In this document: positions 9,866 to 18,507 of the stretch, in pieces | Numbering within the stretch: the stretch's first letter is position 1 | How the letters are laid out: every line of letters starts with the position of its first letter | Assembly: GCA_964547375.1 (NCBI GenBank) | Contig: CAZJMW010000001.1 | Coordinates: 2,319-66,318 of the forward strand | Source: an uncultured Dehalococcoidales bacterium | Lineage (GTDB): Bacteria > Chloroflexota > Dehalococcoidia > Dehalococcoidales > UBA5627 | Direction of reading: 5' to 3' | Length of the DNA: 64,000 bases | Made by a program: the position numbers and the translations under genes | Notes under the pieces: generated by a model | Database searches by the model: none | Seen by the model: only the letters and a program-made list of their open reading frames with translations | Told to the model about the DNA's origin: nothing

Positions 9866-10954
9866 TCAGTTGATTATGGTATTCGGAGAAACGAGTCGTC
9901 CGGCTTTAAGATGTTGCCCGTAGCCGATAATTGTATTATTTCCGATGACTGCCTGTTCGATAACGCTCCCCGAACCGATATGGCTGTTATTTGCAATGAT
10001 GGTATGTTTTATCTGGACAAGTGGTTCTATATGCACGGAGTTCCATAAAATGGAATCATCTATAGTCGAATAGTTTGAAATCTGGCAATTTGAGCCGATG
10101 ACAACCGAACCGTTTATTTTGACATCCTGACCTATAGTGCAATTGTTGCCTATGACGGCGGGGCCTGAAATCTGGGCGGACGGATGAATAATGCAATTTG
10201 TGCCGGTTACAAATTTTTTCTTGCCGTTATTAAAACGATACTGGTTGCTTTTCCCGTTAAGCAGGTCATAATGCAATTGGAAGTAGTTCTCCGGTTTACC
10301 GATATCAATCCAGTAACTCTCTGCCTGGTAGGCAAAAACATCTTTCTTTTTACGCAAAAGCATAGGAAAGATGTCTCTTTCAAAACTGCAATTAGTATTT
10401 TCAGGTATAAGAGAAATCACCTCCGGTTCAAGTATATACGTGCCGGCATTTATCATATTGGTAGTGATTTCATCAGGATTCGGTTTTTCCAGAAAACGTA
10501 CTATCCTGTTCTGTTTGTCGGTTTCTACCAGTCCGTAACTGGTAGGGTCTTCCACCGGAGTTAGCGCAATGGTGAGCATGGCTTTGTTATTTTTGTGATT
10601 TTCAATCATATCGGTCAGGTCCAAATCGGTAAAGATATCCCCGTTGAAAACAAGTGTTGGTTCATCGATGAATCCACCGGCATTTTTGACAGCGCCGGCA
10701 GTCCCCATAGGAATTTCCTCGACTGTATAGGAGAGGTTAACATCAAATTTACTGCCGTCGCCGAAGTATTCTTTTATCGGCTCTGCCAGGTAACTGACAG
10801 CAAGAGCAATATCAGTAACTTTATGCGATTTCAAACGTTTAATAAAGTATTCAAGGAAGGGAATGTTAAGCACCGGAACCATGGATTTAGGGGTATTTAT
10901 AGTTAAAGGTCTTAACCTGGTACCGAAGCCGCCGCTTAAAATTACTGCTTTCAT
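9866..10954 (-). CDS. NDP-sugar pyrophosphorylase (nucleotidyltransferase domain plus C-terminal left-handed beta-helix)
   Basis: MKAVILSGGFGTRLRPLT signature at the N-terminus. Hexapeptide repeats in the C-terminal third. I prefer ATG 10954, preceded by AAGGGGGGA. Confidence 0.8.
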   Translation of the reverse strand: MKAVILSGGFGTRLRPLTINTPKSMVPVLNIPFLEYFIKRLKSHKVTDIALAVSYLAEPIKEYFGDGSKFDVNLSYTVEEIPMGTAGAVKNAGGFIDEPTLVFNGDIFTDLDLTDMIENHKNNKAMLTIALTPVEDPTSYGLVETDKQNRIVRFLEKPNPDEITTNMINAGTYILEPEVISLIPENTNCSFERDIFPMLLRKKKDVFAYQAESYWIDIGKPENYFQLHYDLLNGKSNQYRFNNGKKKFVTGTNCIIHPSAQISGPAVIGNNCTIGQDVKINGSVVIGSNCQISNYSTIDDSILWNSVHIEPLVQIKHTIIANNSHIGSGSVIEQAVIGNNTIIGYGQHLKAGRLVSPNTIIN

Positions 10955-11173
10955 TATTGATTCCCCCCTTGAAGAAAGTGAATTGGTCACTGTGCCTGAG
11001 TTAATATAGTATATAATATTAGACTTAGTTTTAAAAGGATTTAAATTGCACTGTATCGGCTTAAGGGCTTATAATTACAGCATTATTGTTAAGAATAAAA
11101 AGCAACTTTCCGGCATTTTTAAAATATGCCCGGTTGTTCATATATCTGAAAATACGGGGGAGAAGTAACGACA

Positions 11174-12433
11174 TTGAATAAAACGCCGAACAAACCTAAA
11201 ATGACGCATGTAGCAAAAGAACAAAGACGTAGAAATTTTAACGACATAATAAAATTTGCTGTTTTTAGTGTAATTGCCATAGTGGTTGGCCTGGTAGGGG
11301 TAGGGATACAGCACTGGTATGAAGATGATTATAAACCGATGCATGAAACAGTAGTCGATGTAAACGGGACCAAGTTCGATATGTCATATTATATCGATAT
11401 GCTCAGATATGTTTCCGGAGAATACTCACAATATGCGGAATATTTTACCGCATATGCACTACAGTATATAGAGTATTACGAGCTTATTAAACAGGGCGCA
11501 GAGGAATTGGGTATCACTGTTTCCGAAAAGGAAATTACAGTGATGATTAAAGAAAAGGAATACGACAATACTTGCGCTGCCAGGGATATGATAAGAGCAA
11601 GTCTGCTTGTTCCTTTGCTGGAAGAACACTTCGGTTCACAAATAGAGACTTCTGCTGAGCACAATTATGTTTGGGCAATGTTTCTCGAAAGCCAAGCCCA
11701 GGTCGATGCTGTTAAAAACAGAATTGCCAACGGCGAATTATTTAAAGACATAGCTACGGAATTATCTCTTGATTCAGTTACAAAAGAGGCCGGCGGTGAC
11801 CTTGGATGGCTGCCTGCTGGTGTAATCGATAATATCCTGAGCAATAAGGTTTTAAGCGATGAGCTTATTTCAAATGCCGCTATCGGAGAATTGAACTCGG
11901 TTAAGGATGAGACAAAAACGAAGAAGGTCGGCTATTGGATTTTAAAGGTAACTGAAACGGAAACCATAACTGATGACGAAGGAAATGTAACTACAAATGC
12001 TAATGTAAAGGCAATTTTAACCGCCAGTCTGGCAGAAGCGCAAGAAGTATTGGCTTCACTTAATAGGGGTGGCGATTTCGATACTCTGGCTGAGCAATAT
12101 TCGCAGAAATGGAGTAAAGAAACGGGTTCTGTTTTAGCAGTTTCTACAGGAGATTATTCGGATGTTTTTGAGGATTATGCTTTAGATCCAGAAGTTGGTA
12201 TAAACGTTGTCAGTGAAATTATCAAGGATACGGATATCGATACCAAAGGTGGTTACTGGTTATATCAGGTTGCCGCAACGGAGACTCAGGACATATCCGA
12301 AGATAATTTGGACATATTAACCGGTGATTCTCTGGATGCCTGGATGGAAACTTTTGATTACGATACGGTTGTGGTAGCAGAGAATATAGATGAAATGAAA
12401 GAATTTGCAGCCGCTAAAGTAAAAGGGTCGTAA
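11174..12433 (+). CDS. Membrane-anchored parvulin-type peptidyl-prolyl isomerase (SurA/PrsA-like)
   Basis: N-terminal TM helix, then two PpiC-like segments including GGDLGWLPAG. The start is uncertain (TTG 11174 or ATG 11201). Confidence 0.7.
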   Translation: MNKTPNKPKMTHVAKEQRRRNFNDIIKFAVFSVIAIVVGLVGVGIQHWYEDDYKPMHETVVDVNGTKFDMSYYIDMLRYVSGEYSQYAEYFTAYALQYIEYYELIKQGAEELGITVSEKEITVMIKEKEYDNTCAARDMIRASLLVPLLEEHFGSQIETSAEHNYVWAMFLESQAQVDAVKNRIANGELFKDIATELSLDSVTKEAGGDLGWLPAGVIDNILSNKVLSDELISNAAIGELNSVKDETKTKKVGYWILKVTETETITDDEGNVTTNANVKAILTASLAEAQEVLASLNRGGDFDTLAEQYSQKWSKETGSVLAVSTGDYSDVFEDYALDPEVGINVVSEIIKDTDIDTKGGYWLYQVAATETQDISEDNLDILTGDSLDAWMETFDYDTVVVAENIDEMKEFAAAKVKGS

Positions 12434-12465
12434 TTAATAAAAATTATTAGATAGGATAAATTATC

Positions 12466-13767
12466 ATGGAAAAGAAAAGTATCGGGGTCGGCTTGATGGG
12501 TTTCGGCATAATCGGAAGCCAGGTCGGGCACGTTTTGCTGGACAGGGCAGCCCATATCTCCGAGCAGGCCGGCTGCGAGGTCGTACTGCGTAAAATAAAA
12601 GTAATCGAACAGGATTTGGGGACTCCAAAAACAGTGGGGATTGACCCCGGGCTGTTTACCACCGATGAAGATGAGTTTTTTAATACTCCCGGAATGGATA
12701 TCGTTATAGAGGTAATCGGTGGTGTCAAACCGGCTCGCTCGTATCATGAACGTGCCATTAAAGCGGGGAAGCACACTGTTACCGCCAACAAGGAACTGAT
12801 TGCCAAGCATGGATCGGAAATGATGCAACTGGCAAAGAAAAATAATGTAAGCCTGAATTATGAAGCTGCGGTCGGTGGAGGAATTCCGTTGATTGCACCG
12901 CTTCAAAAAGATCTGGTAGCTAACAATATCGAGGGAATATATGCCATTATCAATGGCACCACAAATTATATACTGACACGCATGTCTTTAGAGGACATAG
13001 ATTTTGCTCCGGTTTTAGCTGAAGCGCAGAAACTGGGTTATGCCGAAGCCAATCCGAAAAATGATATTGAGGGCATAGACGCCGCTTATAAACTGGCGAT
13101 TATGGCTTCGCTTACCATGGAGACCAGGGTTAGGCCTGAAGATATCTACTGCGAAGGGATTTCAAAACTGGAGAGCCGTGATTTCCGCTATGCCAGCGAG
13201 TTGGGATATAGCATTAAACTGTTAGCGATAGCCAGAAACAGCAGTGATTCGGTTGAAGTCCATGTCTACCCTGCTTTTGTCCCCGGTGACAGTTTCCTGG
13301 CAAAAGTTGATGGCGTTTACAATGCTGTCCTGGTCGAGGGCGATTTGGTAGGCAAGGTAACTTTCTGGGGCGAAGGCGCCGGTGCCAAACCGACATCGAG
13401 CGCTGTTGTTGCTAATGTAATACAGGCTGCCAGGAAAATCGCCTGCGGAGATTCTTCCCATAGCTATTGGAAGGTTAAGCCGGGTAAAAAAGTCAAACCG
13501 ATGTCGGAGATCACCACAAGATTTTATATCAGGCTTAATATAAACGATATGCCGGGTGCATTGGCCGGTATTGCGGGTGTATTCGGTGATTGCGGAATCA
13601 GCATTTCGACCGCTCTGCAAAAAGAGGACAACATCGAGGAAAAATCGGCCGAAATTGTTATCATGACACATCCGGCCAGAGAAGAAGCAATGCAAGCAGC
13701 TTTGATGGCGTTAGATAATTTGGCGGTTGTTAAGAAAATTAATAATTTTATACGAGTCGAGGAATAA
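12466..13767 (+). CDS. hom: Homoserine dehydrogenase
   Basis: N-terminal GxGxxG (GLMGFGIIG), the catalytic-domain motif NGTTNYIL, and a C-terminal ACT domain. Confidence 0.9.
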   Translation: MEKKSIGVGLMGFGIIGSQVGHVLLDRAAHISEQAGCEVVLRKIKVIEQDLGTPKTVGIDPGLFTTDEDEFFNTPGMDIVIEVIGGVKPARSYHERAIKAGKHTVTANKELIAKHGSEMMQLAKKNNVSLNYEAAVGGGIPLIAPLQKDLVANNIEGIYAIINGTTNYILTRMSLEDIDFAPVLAEAQKLGYAEANPKNDIEGIDAAYKLAIMASLTMETRVRPEDIYCEGISKLESRDFRYASELGYSIKLLAIARNSSDSVEVHVYPAFVPGDSFLAKVDGVYNAVLVEGDLVGKVTFWGEGAGAKPTSSAVVANVIQAARKIACGDSSHSYWKVKPGKKVKPMSEITTRFYIRLNINDMPGALAGIAGVFGDCGISISTALQKEDNIEEKSAEIVIMTHPAREEAMQAALMALDNLAVVKKINNFIRVEE

Positions 13768-13768
13768 G

Positions 13769-14821
13769 ATGGCAAAATCAGGTGTACTATTTAGATATAA
13801 GGATTATTTACCGATAACTTCGAAAACACCGATGTTTTCGATCGGAGAAGGCGATACTCCTTTAGTACGTTCGAAGAATCTGTATAATGAAATCGGCTGT
13901 GCCGAGTTGTATTTCAAGCTGGAAGGCTGCAATCCTACCGGTTCTTTTAAGGACAGGGGTATGGTAATGGCGATGGCGAAGGCAATAGAAGATGGCAGCA
14001 AGGCTGTTATCTGTGCATCCACCGGCAACACCAGTGCCTCGGCGGCAGCTTATGCGGCAGCCATGGGCTTGAAGTGCGTTATCATTATCCCGGAAGGGAA
14101 AATTGCCAAGGGCAAACTGGCTCAGGCGATAATTCACGGGGCAAAAATCGTTGCTATCGACGGCAATTTCGACCAGGCGCTTAAAATTGTGCGTACCATT
14201 ACCGAAAAACATCCCATAGCCCTGGTAAACTCTTTGAATCCCAACCGTATCGAAGGGCAGAAGACCGCTGCTTTCGAAATAATCGATGAACTGGGCGATG
14301 CCCCCGACTATCTTTTTATCCCTGTCGGCAACGCCGGAAACATTACCGCTTACTGGAAGGGCTTTGTCGAATATTACGATATGAAAAAGTCCACCAGGAA
14401 GCCGCAGATGATGGGCTTTCAAGCTGAGGGCGCGGCTCCTATAGTTCATGGCTATCCCATCGAAAAGCCGGAAACCGTAGCAACAGCTATCCGCATCGGA
14501 AATCCGGCCAGCTGGGAGAAAGCAACTCGTGCGCGCGATGAGTCGGGCGGCCTCATCGATATGGTCAGCGATGATGAAATACTGACGGCACAGAAGATTA
14601 TGGCAGCCAGGGAAGGCATCTTCGGTGAGCCGGCTTCGGCAGCGCCCTATGCCGGGCTTTTGAAGATGGTTAAGAAAGGTATGGATTTCTCGGGAAAGAA
14701 AATCGTATGTATCGTTACCGGAAACGGCATCAAGGATGCCGATACCGCTATCAAGAACGCCGAGCCGTTCCTGCAGCTTCCGGCAGACCTGCCTGCTATT
14801 GAAAAAGCCCTTGGGTTTTAA
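13769..14821 (+). CDS. thrC: Threonine synthase
   Basis: PLP lysine motif [11 protein letters not shown] prefer ATG 13769 (MAKSGVLF), preceded by GAGGAA. The track start at 13727 lies inside hom. Confidence 0.9.
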   Translation: MAKSGVLFRYKDYLPITSKTPMFSIGEGDTPLVRSKNLYNEIGCAELYFKLEGCNPTGSFKDRGMVMAMAKAIEDGSKAVICASTGNTSASAAAYAAAMGLKCVIIIPEGKIAKGKLAQAIIHGAKIVAIDGNFDQALKIVRTITEKHPIALVNSLNPNRIEGQKTAAFEIIDELGDAPDYLFIPVGNAGNITAYWKGFVEYYDMKKSTRKPQMMGFQAEGAAPIVHGYPIEKPETVATAIRIGNPASWEKATRARDESGGLIDMVSDDEILTAQKIMAAREGIFGEPASAAPYAGLLKMVKKGMDFSGKKIVCIVTGNGIKDADTAIKNAEPFLQLPADLPAIEKALGF

Positions 14822-14832
14822 GAAAAATGGCT

Positions 14833-14867
14833 GTCGTTGCGAATCCCGAGTATCGGGATGAAGCATC
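14833..14867 (+). repeat. R1 hairpin element, copy 1 (GTCGTTGCGA-ATCCCGA-gta-TCGGGAT-GAAGCA)
   Basis: Starts 11 nt after the thrC stop. Matches copies at 15690, 16762 (rc) and 18151 (rc). Confidence 0.85.
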
Positions 14868-14875
14868 GGAAAAAC

Positions 14876-15036
14876 GGCTTCCCTTGGGGGAAGCTGTTGA
14901 ACGAAGTGAAACTGATGAGGGATAATACAAATCGACCCTCATCCGTCATTTAGATATGCCTGTCCGCCATCCCGATATAATCGGGACGTCTTTCAGGCTT
15001 CCCTTGGGGGAAGTCCCGACCCGTCGGGAATGAAGG
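14876..15036. repeat. Composite of truncated MITE-like units and hairpin modules
   Basis: Contains GGCTTCCCTTGGGGGAAG twice (14876, 14996), the inverted pair ACTGATGAGGG (14911) / CCCTCATCCGT (14936), and hairpins CCCGATATAATCGGG and TCCCGACCCGTCGGGA. It is the reverse complement of the units at 16513 and 17967. Confidence 0.85.
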
Positions 15037-15094
15037 ATATTGAACAGTCATATATTACTATTAAATCCAAAATAGAAAATATTCGGGGGTCAAA

Positions 15095-15682
15095 ATGGCA
15101 AAGAAAGTAGTAGATAACGTCGGTACCTTTTATCAGCATTATCCGCGCATTGCGCTGGTGGTCACCGCAGCATCGGGCGGCAAGGAAAACGCCATGACGA
15201 TTGCCTGGCATATGCCGATGTCAAAGGACCCGCCGTTAATCGCTTTTGTTACCGGAACATCCCATTTTACCTATAAACTAATCAAGGAAAGCGGTGAATT
15301 TGCCATTAACCTGATGCCGGAAACACATTCCGAAATCGTTGCTGCTATCGGCGGCAGCAAGGGTGAGGAATGCGATAAGTTTGCAACCTACGGCATTGCA
15401 AAGGATAAATCCGTAAAAACCTCAGCGCCCATACTGGCGGATGCCTATACCGCTTTCGAATGCAAGGTGGTGGATGAAAAGGTTTACGACGGGCACAGCA
15501 TGATTATCGGCGAAGTAGTGGCTACCCATGTTCAGGAAGGATGTTTGTGGGATGACGGGACTGTAAATCTGGAAAAAGTCTTTCCGGTATTATATATGGG
15601 AAGCGAGCAGTATATCAGTGTCGAGAAGGCCAATGTGCACACCCTGAGAAGGGATGTTTACGCCAAAGAATTGAAGTTGTAA
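15095..15682 (+). CDS. Flavin reductase-like FMN-binding protein
   Basis: 195 aa. Flavin reductase domain signature around MTIAWHMPMSKDPPLIAFV. Confidence 0.75.
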   Translation: MAKKVVDNVGTFYQHYPRIALVVTAASGGKENAMTIAWHMPMSKDPPLIAFVTGTSHFTYKLIKESGEFAINLMPETHSEIVAAIGGSKGEECDKFATYGIAKDKSVKTSAPILADAYTAFECKVVDEKVYDGHSMIIGEVVATHVQEGCLWDDGTVNLEKVFPVLYMGSEQYISVEKANVHTLRRDVYAKELKL

Positions 15683-15689
15683 GCCGATT

Positions 15690-15733
15690 CGTCGTTGCGA
15701 GTCCCGCTTTATCGGGACGAAGCAATCTCTACC
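15690..15733 (+). repeat. R1 hairpin element, copy 2
   Basis: CGTCGTTGCGAGTCCCGCTTTATCGGGACGAAGCAATCTCTACC. Starts 7 nt after the flavin reductase stop. Confidence 0.85.
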
Positions 15734-15942
15734 TGTGGGTATCGTCTAGTCTATGCTTTTTTATTGATTATCGGTAATGGATTTCATGTCTGGTGTGGAG
15801 CGAGGTAATCAAGAGGCTTTGTAGTGATTGCTTTGCCTTCCTTTCAGGTATGGACTCGCAAAGACAGTATTAAAAGGCTTGCCGAATCACTGCTGCGGTG
15901 TTAATCTAATAGCATCAAAATAATAACAAAGAGGATAGTGAA

Positions 15943-16509
15943 TTGTTCGACCAGGATAAAATAAAAAGAGCTGTTGAAGAAATTATCGTTGCCATTGGAG
16001 AAGACCCGAACCGAGAGGGTTTGCTTGAAACGCCGCGGCGTTTTGCCGAGATGTATACCGAGCTTTTCATGGGTATGGATATGGACCCTGTCGAGGAGCT
16101 GAAGGTCGGCTACGAACTGGGGCACCGCGAAATGGTCATACTCAAGGACATTCCCTTTTATTCGATGTGCGAACATCATCTTTTGCCGTTTTACGGCATA
16201 GTCCACATCGGCTACATTCCCAATAAAGAGGGCAGGGTGGTAGGTATCAGCAAGCTGGCGAGGGTAGTGGAAATCATCGCCAAGCGTCCGCAAATACAGG
16301 AGCGCATGGCAACAGATATCGCCGATTCCATTGTCAAGGGATTAGCTCCGGATGGTGTCGGTGTCGTCATTCAGGCCGAGCACATGTGCATGACTATGCG
16401 CGGCATCAAGAAGCCGGGTGCCAGCGTCATTACCTCTGCATTGCGTGGAACTTTTAGAAGCCGCGCCGACAGCCGCGCCGAGTTCTTCTCGCTGATTCAC
16501 GTGAAGTAG
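15943..16509 (+). CDS. folE: GTP cyclohydrolase I
   Basis: SMCEHHLLPF motif and QERMT region. TTG start with AGAGGA upstream. Confidence 0.9.
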   Translation: MFDQDKIKRAVEEIIVAIGEDPNREGLLETPRRFAEMYTELFMGMDMDPVEELKVGYELGHREMVILKDIPFYSMCEHHLLPFYGIVHIGYIPNKEGRVVGISKLARVVEIIAKRPQIQERMATDIADSIVKGLAPDGVGVVIQAEHMCMTMRGIKKPGASVITSALRGTFRSRADSRAEFFSLIHVK

Positions 16510-16512
16510 ACG

Positions 16513-16620
16513 CCCTCATCAGTCTAGCATTAATGCTCGACAGCTTCCCCCAAGGGAAGCCTGAAAAACGTCTCGATTATATCGGGGTGGCAGACAGATA
16601 TATCTGGATGACGGATGAGG
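16513..16620. repeat. MITE-like unit (~108 bp) with terminal inverted repeats, complete copy
   Basis: Starts with CCCTCATCAGT and ends with ACGGATGAGG. Internal hairpins are GCTTCCCCCAAGGGAAGC and a CGATTATATCG-centred hairpin. Begins 3 nt after the folE stop (16510-16512). Confidence 0.85.
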
Positions 16621-16761
16621 AAAACCAACCGTCTTTGCGAAATTTTCCGCTACATTGTCTTTCTGAGGCAAAGACGAAGAATCTATATAAATCAGAGAAG
16701 AAAATTGAAGCAATCTCTACCGTTAATATTGTCTGGCTACCGTATTATTAATTAGTATCAA

Positions 16762-16810
16762 AGAGATTGCCGCGTCGTCCCGCCGATACGGGACTTCTCG
16801 CAACGACGAC
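16762..16810 (-). repeat. R1 hairpin element, copy 3 (reverse orientation)
   Basis: The reverse complement reads CGTCGTTGCGAGAAGTCCCGTATCGGCGGGACGACGCGGCAATCTCT. Lies 3 nt beyond the yjbQ stop on the minus strand. Confidence 0.8.
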
Positions 16811-16813
16811 TTA

Positions 16814-17230
16814 TTACTCCCCCATCACCTGCACCACCACATCCCTCTTGCGCGGGCGGTTATCGAAGTCTATAAGCACGATTTGCTGCCACGTGCCGAG
16901 TACCATTTTGAAGTTTTCGAATGGGATGACCAATGATGCACCCAGCAGTGACGCCCTGATATGTGAATAGCCGTTGCCGTCTCCCCATGTTTCGTTGTGG
17001 GCATAGGGGATGCCCTTGGGAGCAATCCTCTAGAACGCCTCTTTGATATCTGCCACCAGCCCCGGTTCGTACTCGATGGTAGTTATCCCGGCGGTGGAGC
17101 CGGTAACGAAGACGGTCACGATGCCGCTTTTGAGGTTGGATTTAGACAATATCGCTTCCACATGGTGCGTGATGTTTACGACATCGCACTCGCCGTTGGT
17201 TTTAAGACTGATGGTTTCGGTTATTAGCAT
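16814..17230 (-). pseudogene. yjbQ: YjbQ/UPF0047 family gene (secondary thiamine-phosphate synthase family) with one in-frame TAG at 17030-17032
   Basis: The track stops at 66 aa (...DIKEAF*). Reading through the TAG in the same frame gives RIAPKGIPYAHNETWGDGNGYSHIRASLLGASLVIPFENFKMVLGTWQQIVLIDFDNRPRKRDVVVQVMGE then TAA TAA. That is the conserved C-terminal half of the family. Total length is 139 codons, normal for the family. Confidence 0.85.
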
Positions 17231-17399
17231 AGAGAGCCTCCTTGATAGTGATATAGATATTATAGGCTATTTAGAATTCAGAATCATGAAATAAATATTC
17301 TCTGCTATAACGTCTCAGGATTGAAAAATAATTTACATAAATATAATAAAGTTCAAATAGGAGTATACTGGTATGTATATAGGAGAATGTAAAAAATAA

Positions 17400-17552
17400 A
17401 TGATAAATAAAAACTTTTCCAAATCGACACGAATACACATCCGCAATGAAAAGGCGCGCATTCGCAGGACTGTCGGCGACCCGAAAGAACAGGAAAAATT
17501 AATCAACGACCTGTATCTACAATCCCGGATGAACTCCGGCAATGCCTTATAG
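17400..17552 (+). CDS. Possible small basic protein (50 aa), hypothetical
   Basis: Below the track threshold. Reads MINKNFSKSTRIHIRNEKARIRRTVGDPKEQEKLINDLYLQSRMNSGNAL. GGAG lies 14 nt upstream, which is rather far. The 128-aa minus ORF covering it is not protein-like. Confidence 0.3.
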   Translation: MINKNFSKSTRIHIRNEKARIRRTVGDPKEQEKLINDLYLQSRMNSGNAL

Positions 17553-17603
17553 GAACACTTTTTGTAGCGGCAATATCCGGTAAATATTAAAGAGCGGTGA
17601 ATT

Positions 17604-17780
17604 ATGAAATTGTGTGTAAAGAAAACATGGTGCGGAAACTGCAAGATGCTGGTCGGCGGCGAAGAAAAGAAAGTTGACAACACGACCCAAATCTTCTGTT
17701 TAAAATGCAAACAACCCATTTGGCAGCATGAAAGCGCAAGCTGGAAAAGTATGCGCCAGAACGTCTTGAAAAAAGATTAG
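17604..17780 (+). CDS. Small zinc-ribbon protein (58 aa), hypothetical
   Basis: Below the track threshold. Reads MKLCVKKTWCGNCKMLVGGEEKKVDNTTQIFCLKCKQPIWQHESASWKSMRQNVLKKD, with two CxxC pairs. Confidence 0.4.
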   Translation: MKLCVKKTWCGNCKMLVGGEEKKVDNTTQIFCLKCKQPIWQHESASWKSMRQNVLKKD

Positions 17781-17966
17781 GGATAAAACCCTATTGCCTT
17801 TGCAAAATTAAAGACGACAGATAAAAGAATATTCTGACAGGTTTAGCGATGACCCGGTTTATCTTCCGATAATTTAAGATAGGCAGGGTCTTCGTAGTTT
17901 AGGCTGTTCTTTTTAATCCGAAGTCCCGATTTACCGGGACTGACGGAAGAGGGTGACTTGTATTAT

Positions 17967-18073
17967 CCCTCATCAGTCTCGCCTTTTTGCTCGACAGCTT
18001 CCCCCAAGGGAAGCCGTTTTAAGTCCCGACCTGTCGGGATGGCAGACAGATATATTTGGATGACTGATGAGGG
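17967..18073. repeat. MITE-like unit (107 bp) with perfect 11-bp terminal inverted repeats, complete copy
   Basis: CCCTCATCAGT (17967-17977) ... ACTGATGAGGG (18063-18073). Internal hairpins are GCTTCCCCCAAGGGAAGC and GTCCCGACCTGTCGGGA. Confidence 0.9.
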
Positions 18074-18150
18074 AGGTGTCTATCACTGTCCTGCCTTAAT
18101 AAATCCTTTTTGCAGCTAATTAATAAAACATAACCGTGTTTTAATTCATC

Positions 18151-18194
18151 GGTAGAGATTGCTTCATCCCGATACATCGGGATTCGCAACGACA
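18151..18194 (-). repeat. R1 hairpin element, copy 4 (reverse orientation)
   Basis: The reverse complement reads TGTCGTTGCGAATCCCGATGTATCGGGATGAAGCAATCTCTACC. Lies 19 nt beyond the GIY-YIG gene stop. Confidence 0.85.
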
Positions 18195-18213
18195 ATAGGA
18201 CTCAGGCATAACA

Positions 18214-18507
18214 TTACCCGTCTTTATCCAGATATGAAGAAATTATCTTATCGATGCGGCTGTCGTCACGTATCAAACACTCTTTTTGTGCTTTCGTTAA
18301 CTGCTTGATTCTGTGTTCTACCACAAGCGCCAGGTTCCTGCTGCCTACTTTCTTTTGCAATTCCAGGGTAACCGGTCTTCTGCAACGGACATATTTTGAC
18401 CCGTTGCCGCTTTGATGTTCCGCAAAGCGGCGTGCAACATCGGTAGTGATGCCTGTGTACAGGCTTTCGTCTTTGCACCTGATAAGGTATATATACCAAT
18501 CCGGCAT
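18214..18507 (-). CDS. GIY-YIG nuclease superfamily protein (UPF0213/YhbQ-like)
   Basis: 97 aa with WYIYLIRCKDESLYTGITTDVARRFAEH. The start ATG overlaps the tex stop as TAATG. Confidence 0.8.
   Translation of the reverse strand: MPDWYIYLIRCKDESLYTGITTDVARRFAEHQSGNGSKYVRCRRPVTLELQKKVGSRNLALVVEHRIKQLTKAQKECLIRDDSRIDKIISSYLDKDG

Noticed and set aside
13862-14866. 334-aa minus-strand ORF, one of the longest unannotated ORFs in the track
   Set aside because: It is entirely antisense to thrC, whose plus-strand product carries the PLP motif and full-length threonine synthase similarity. The minus translation is Arg/Cys/His-rich and not protein-like. The same reasoning applies to 52416..53117 (antisense to ribBA), 33128..33760 (pyrC), 30259..30816 (carB), 12358..12906 (hom), 13222..13695 (hom), 40734..41234 and 40915..41304 (gerW).
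17030-17032. Pyrrolysine or reassigned-amber decoding of the yjbQ TAG
   Set aside because: TAG terminates xerD (3584-3586) and prmC (7849-7851) at their expected ends. No pyl genes are in the window. A nonsense mutation or a sequencing error is more parsimonious. It is still flagged for checking.
14822-18213. CRISPR array, suggested by the recurring palindromic repeats
   Set aside because: The repeats belong to several different modules, occur in both orientations, are irregularly spaced, and are separated by real genes rather than uniform spacers. No cas genes are present.
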